A stretch of DNA of 58,884 nt, filler included, from Platydemus manokwari (Eukaryota): assembly GCA_037951405.1 (NCBI GenBank). It is 6 parts of 6 records of this genome, joined end to end, with 100 filler letters (N's around TTAATTAATTAA, not from the genome) between each part and the next. Parts side by side here need not be neighbours in the genome. Positions count along the whole stretch, not along the records: positions 48,611 to 58,884 come from JBBMOY011150771.1; 5 more parts are not named here. One strand, given 5' to 3'. Numbering within the stretch: the first letter of the stretch is position 1; every line of letters begins with the position of its first letter. Positions 52,851 to 58,884 of the stretch are shown here, piece after piece. The notes under the pieces are model-generated. The model did not search any database, was not told the origin of the DNA, and worked only from the letters and a program-made list of their open reading frames with translations. The translations under genes were made by a program, and so were the position numbers.

Positions 52851-53051
52851 TTTTCTCACCACCACTATCATAATCTTCATTAATCTATCTCAACAATTTG
52901 TTTGTTTTGATCATGAAATTAACCGTATCTTTACCTCCTAGCCTCTCAATTCATCTTTCCATTTTATTTTTCATCATCAATACTGCTGATTCCCATGGAT
53001 TTTGTGATTTAGATTGTCTGAAATTAACTTTAAATTGATAGTCTTGAAAGC

Positions 53052-53995
53052 TTACTTTCTTTCTGAAAGATGATTACTGAAATCTACTTGTGTTTCGTAG
53101 ACATGATCTGGAAAATGCTCGAGGTTACCCCAGGAGAAGCATTTAATATGATCCTGGGTGTTAACCATGTCTCGTTGGGGTGATTTTGTGAAGATTCCTG
53201 TTTTGCAGTCTCTCCAAAGTTGACCGCATGTAAAGCAGTATCTGTTGCCTCGAACTATTGAATCTTGCCATTTAAAAATTGGAGAAGTGGAACTGCTTCG
53301 AGATTTTGATAGATTCTCTCTGGCAAATGAAAGTTTCGATTGATTGGCATAATGTTCAGTTCGGTTGCATTTAAAACATGTCACCCATAGCTGCTTCTTT
53401 GACGTAATTTCATGAATGATAGCGTGGATTTTGGATGGGTATTGTCGATGGGTTTTGTGCGTGATGGCCTTTCAATTTTACACAAAAAGGAGAGATATCT
53501 GTGGCATATATGACTTATTGATGTAGATTTCATTTCCACTCTCATAGCTCTTTTGATGTGTTCGTCGCAGGTTGTATGATCGACGAGACTGAGCGCTGTA
53601 CTGATGTGTTGATGCATTCCTTTCAAAAATTGATCCTCAACTACTTTTTGCGTTTGTGCTGGCCACTCCGCTTTCGGTCCGAATGTTTTTTTCTGCATGT
53701 ATTGATAGATAGTACGCAAAATCGCCTCCGGTTTGACCGGTTTTCTGCGATCTTGAGAAGGATTTTTGACAAATTATGAAGCCAACATCTGATAGGGCGT
53801 CTTTCATTGCTGTTCATTGGGCAATGTTTCGTCTGTCGATTTAATTGTAGACTTCTCTTGCTGCGTTTTTCAAATAAAGAGGAAGTCTTTGGATCATCGT
53901 CCTTTTAGTCCAACCATATGCCAATGCATCCATAAAATCCACGAGGTCAGCTGGGTCTCCACCATACTGTTCGACGGGAAGCTTTTGACAATTAA
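53052..53995 (-). pseudogene. Gypsy-type gag relic with CCHC knuckles
   Basis: LPVEQYGGDPADLVDFMDALAYGWTK; VVEDQFLKGM..I..AL; knuckles TCFKCNRTEHYANQS, YCFTCGQ..WRDC, IKCFSWGNLEHF; frameshifted. Confidence 0.8.
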
Positions 53996-54110
53996 CAAAA
54001 TCGTCTTGTGGAACTAGTCGTATCTGGTGTTGAATTGGCTGTTAGCCTGAAAAAGATTGGTTCTCTGAATCCTGGTTCTCTGAATACATAATCGTAAAAG
54101 TGTTCGAATG

Positions 54111-54447
54111 AAGGCTCACCAAGTAATTGTTTTGATATAAATTAATAACAAACTTCTGACTCCAAAATAATGTATATTAGTCAATATATAGCTACAACAA
54201 CTGAATTAAAACCTCAATAATTAAACACAAGCACAATGATTTTATTAAAATCTTGCTTTCATCTAGCACTTGTCTATCTTTACATTGCTTTTTATACTCG
54301 CGATCTGTGTGTATCTCTCTGTGTCATGATGTACTACAATTTGAATTGGTGTTTGTCTTTTTGTTTTTTTATTAGATTTTTTGGTCAAAACGAGAGTTCC
54401 AAGGTGTAATTTCGTTTTTCTTATACAGGATTTCATCTAACTCAACA
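54111..54447 (-). mobile_element. 5' LTR (54447-54128) plus primer-binding site (TGGTGAGCCTT, 54121-54111)
   Basis: TGTTGAG...AAAACA LTR homologous to 47496-47929 (with an internal deletion), followed 6 nt later by a TGG-starting PBS (tRNA-Arg-like) and then gag. Confidence 0.8.
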
Positions 54448-55074
54448 ATATTCACCGGATTTCAAATTTAATCAGTTATTGTAATTTTTCCAAATCTAGA
54501 ATATCAATAAAAATGTTTTTCACCAATCAAACCGGAATAAAAAAAATGAAAAAAAAATGCTAAATTTTATTTCAACACAAAAATTTTCGTTTCGAGGCGG
54601 TGGGATATCCCTCTCCTCATTTTTAGTTGGTACGTTTCGTTAGAAAGAAAAAGCAAATCAATTGTTAACGAATGATTACTATTATTATTATAAGACATAT
54701 TATAAAGGAATAAAATATTACTGGATTATTGATTTCGTTCAGGTACACTTTGAAAAATATTAATAGAGATATCCAGATTCAAAACTTTAAGAATAATTCG
54801 ATTAAAATTATTTCGACCTCAATTGAGGTAAAAGATTGTAGAATCTATCAGAGATTAACTAAGACAAAATGAATAGAAGTTAAAAAAACATGATAAAATT
54901 AATAAAATTATAAATTGTAATTTTAAAAATTTCTTTAATTAAAAATTAAGTCACCCATTGGTTCTAATATTGATTTATATTTAAACATCACAATCACCCA
55001 GAATAAATATTGTTATCAATGTCACGTTAATAATGGAAATCGGCTTGATAGTTAATTTTATCAATCAATAATTA

Positions 55075-56433
55075 TCAAAAATAATCTGGATATTCATCTA
55101 AATAATCCAATGTTTCTTCGTGACGAATCGATTCATCTACAGTAATATCCTTTAAAGGATGTCCATCTTTATAATAACTTAGGAATTGATCTTTAAATCT
55201 TTCTGTAAAAAAATGAGTAAATCATCAATTAAAATGAAAATATAAATCACCAGTATGTGTTTTTAAAGGAACTCCACACCCACCATGTTCGATTGGTAAG
55301 AGTTCTTTCAATCCAGGAATATGTTCACAAGCTACATCCATATCGTTTGTTAGAATAATCTGAGATTAATAATTTATATAGTAATAATACGCCAATCAAC
55401 AAACAAAACTAATGATAATAGTAAAATAGTATTCAAATTATATATATAACTATAAACATGTTCGACAAAACATAAACTATTTACGCACTTTGTTATCACT
55501 TTGTTTCTTCAGATGAAAAGACCACATTTTGAACGCTTCATCATAAATTTGAGATGCATTATAAAAAACATACACTTTTAATCGCCACGGGAAAATATCC
55601 TGGAAGTGATTTCATTGAATTTATAAATCTATAATCTTTAAAATACATGAAGGCACCTTGCCATTTCTATTAATAATTTATTATCAGTCCATGCTTCCGC
55701 TACCTTTGGTGATGCGCCCGTCATATCAGAGAATAATCGTACTCCGTGAATTTGAGTCTCTTCTTCGGACATAACAACCTCATATCCCATAAAGACCAAT
55801 GGAATCATTTGAGATATTGGAATCGTTTCAGGATTCCAGAATTCTGAAACACAAATGTAGATCAACTCAAATAGTTACAAGAAATGAAAGATAAATCCTC
55901 AACCATCACAATCCATATCATTACAATTATATGTTATCATAATCTAATGTTATTACTAAATGGAAAAAATATAATTAAATCTCCATCTTCATTCCTCCCC
56001 AATGGTGAAAAAAGTCTAAATATTTCACGATTTTTATAAATATTTGAATAATTATTAGTCTACTGTAATTCTAGAAATTCATTAATAATCGCGTCATCAA
56101 TGTTGGCATAATTGAAATATTGTGGAGTTCCTCTTTGAGAACATCTCACTGTACAAAACGAATCCAATTGTTTTTGAGCTGTTTTCAAATCAAATTTCGC
56201 TACTCTTAGAAATCGTAGTAAGAATTGAGAATCTGTTCAAATCATTTATAATATAATGATGAATATTATTTTATTATCATACCTGTCGGACAGTTGAAAT
56301 GTGGCATTGCTATCGCCCATTTTCTCAGTTGGTCAATTTGTTCATCAATACGTTCTGGATCTTCTTTCAAATTATCAACAGCAAATTGTTTCGATGATTT
56401 GCTAATTCTTTCATAATCATATTTATCAGTCAT
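55075..56433 (-). CDS. CRAL-TRIO/Sec14 lipid-binding protein (alpha-TTP/clavesin-like), complete 7-exon gene
   Basis: Exons 56433-56283, 56232-56064, 56015-55957, 55843-55647, 55599-55489, 55359-55251, 55202-55075; motifs DSQFLLRFLRVAKFDL, EETQIHGVRLFSDMTG, DIFPWRLK, LLPIEHGG. Confidence 0.92.
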
Positions 56434-57199
56434 TATCACTGTGTTGATTTTATATAATTAAGAAATTATTCACAAAATCGAATCAAACTTATATTTCATA
56501 GAAAACACACACACCATTGAACGTGAAAAACTGAAATAGTTTTAACAGTACTGTGATTGCTCAGTGGTTATTCTTTACGGCGCTAGGCCTATGTAAGAAA
56601 CAAGTGGTCAAATTTGACAATTTCAAGGAAATGTGCAAATCGATATTATTGATATTTTTAATGAAAGCATTTTCGTTAATCCAACACTTCACGAAAGTAC
56701 GTATTTACAAATTAGTCCTCATTCCAATTAATTAATATTTTCTAAATATAATCCTTTTTTCTCAGAAAAAAATATTTTATCATTGGTCATCGATAATTTA
56801 TTTAAATTCCAACCATGAAAGAAACAAAAAACTCATTTAAATGCAACATTAATTAATAATTAGTGGCAATAATTTGTTTTCTAGCTCAGCTAAAAACAAT
56901 TTAAGATGTGCCCAGCATTGAAACTAGTAAGTTCCACAATGCCATCTTAACTAATTGACTCGATTATGTTGAGAAACTACTTTTAACTATTTAAATTCAA
57001 ACTTGATATTTAAATTCAATTGATTATTGATTTGTAACATATAAATCTTCAGTGGATTTGTAAACCAGACAAAAGAGTTTATTAATTTTTGTATAAATCT
57101 TTACCAATATGGCTTATGACACTTCAGGAGAAGTCTCTCTAAAACAAGTGCCTGGAACAAAAACGAAAGACGATGTAAAAGAGGTACTCGAAATAAGAG

Positions 57200-57340
57200 T
57201 CATAATATCATGAGAACAAACCCAATTCATCAATAGTCATCAAAGATGAATAACGTATCCAATACGATGTATGTGGATTACCGAAGATTCAAGTGAGTTA
57301 CAGAAAAATTTATTTTCAATATGGCCGATATTTACCAACA
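57200..57340 (+). mobile_element. Gypsy RT fragment
   Basis: MYVDYRRFK*VTEKFIF matches the RmcvDYR.LN.vT..d.fP motif. Confidence 0.5.
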
Positions 57341-57779
57341 TCTGGACCGATTGATGTATCCTTAAGGTATTTATGAACTGTAAATGAGTTTATTGTTATA
57401 TTATATCTTTTTGATTACTGTGTTGATTATTTACCAGTTTTTTCCTCTGTATTTTGCACATATTTTTTGAGAGAACCAGATATACCGTTTTTCTTTGCAG
57501 TTCAGTAATAGTAAATTAGGAGGTTTTAGTAGTACTATCTGTTACGGTTAATTCTTTGATACTTTAAAAGATATTTTTGGCCAATAAAGTCTCAAATTGT
57601 TACCAATTTTTTATATATGATGTTTGGTTTTCATCGTAATCACGTTTGTATTGTTTTTGATGAAATTTTGCTTTTATGTTTACTAACCTTTGTTATTTCC
57701 TTAAACTGCCTTTCATTTCATTCTCATAACTGGTTTTTTGAATCTGAATTAATTTTATTTAACAATTTAAAATAATCTA

Positions 57780-58700
57780 TCATCCCAATGAATATTTCGG
57801 CAACATTAAGAATTTTGGGTACCTAAGATAGTATATATTTGGGCGTTAAGATAGTATTTTTCTAGAAAAAATTAAAAAGTTACCAAGGCTTGAAATTGTC
57901 ACCACATATACATTGTAACATATTCATTGCAGCTTTCTTGAAATGATCTGTACTTAAATGAACTTTTGATTATAATCTCTATTATTTCAATATTTTCCTA
58001 AAATCCATAATATCATTACTGGGATTATTTTATCTTGTTGAATTAGATGTCACAATTGTTTTCTAGCCAAGTTAATATTTTGTGCCGAATATACTCCTTT
58101 GTTTTTTACCTTGATTATCTATGCTATTTAGTCTTCTTTTCAATTCTAACTTTTTTGATGTTGCAATCATTTCACATGTGGTTATTCATTAATCCGTCGA
58201 TTTTATCGCAATTAAGCCTTGTTCTTTCGTTCGAAATTTAATAATATCTTTAATTATTTGTGGATAATATCGATTTTGTATTTTTCTGTGTATTTCTTTA
58301 GAATCAATTTTTGGCACCTTATGTTTATTCTTATCTTCATTCTTTTTGTTCAAAATTTCTTCTGTAAATCGTTTTCGACTAATGAAATTAAATTGCCCAA
58401 CTTTAGCAAATGTTAATTCATATTCATATAGGTCCACTCGGTATTTGATCATGATACGAGATGTGTGTCTTCCAATTGAAGTATTCGGCTGAACAAAAAT
58501 GATAGTGTATGATTATCTTCGTAAGTAAATAGAATTTATCTTGAAATCTTCTTCATTCTACTCTATATTCTCTTTCTTCTACCACAGAATCCATTGTTAT
58601 ATTCCATATTCTATACATTTCACTTTAATAGCGTCTTGATGATTGCTTCCAACCTACTACAGCTACTCTATTTCATATAACTATTCCTGATTAAGTTTCG
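57780..58700 (-). mobile_element. decayed Gypsy pol (RNase H to integrase zinc-finger region)
   Basis: HTSRIMIKYRVDLYEYELTF.KVGQFN..ISR resembles R..Rw.l.L.EY.f.i.y..Gk.N..aD.lSR; LGTQNS..IHW resembles hlGi.kT...y.W. Confidence 0.55.
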
Positions 58701-58884
58701 GATTTCAATAATAATTCTTTTCAATATAGCGATATAGAATATTCCATTCCACGAAGTCTTAGAGAAATTTCTGATAATAATGAAAGTACACAAAAAAAAA
58801 TTCCTAGTTTATAAAATAAATAATATTTTTTTTTGCTATTAATAAAACCCAATATAAAATGGTTCTATAGAATCTGATGAAGTA

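Overview
AT-rich eukaryotic genomic DNA with short (~50 nt) GT-AG introns, most consistent with an invertebrate such as a planarian-type flatworm (inference from gene and repeat content). The window is NOT contiguous biology: it is six ~9-11 kb contigs joined by an artificial 100-bp spacer (N44-TTAATTAATTAA-N44), plus one ordinary N-gap, so only neighbours inside one contig are meaningful. Host genes reconstructed by splicing: FN3 exons of a LAR-type receptor tyrosine phosphatase; an intronless stand-alone CNOT1 MIF4G-domain gene directly downstream of an Egalitarian-like gene (3 winged-helix/LOTUS-like repeats, an OB/cold-shock-like domain, a C-terminal TQT dynein-light-chain motif, no exonuclease); the 5' half of a DyP-type peroxidase with a mitochondrial-type presequence; the first coding exon of a Mondo/ChREBP gene whose intron holds an E-box-N5-E-box element and four RFX X-boxes; a complete p47/NSFL1C gene; ~1520 codons of a Q/N/S-rich protein; and two tandem CRAL-TRIO paralogs. 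Mobile DNA: Polinton/adintovirus relics (PLA2-like ORF, integrase, pPolB-like), three related LTRs, Gypsy gag/pol relics, a Sola-type MITE, a hAT MITE, LINE/Penelope-like traces and a 15/19-bp minisatellite. Most notable: (i) the mini-NOT1 + Egl-like gene pair and (ii) a decayed LTR-gag element followed by a chuvirus/gB-type glycoprotein N-terminus. All homology calls are from recalled motifs, not database searches.
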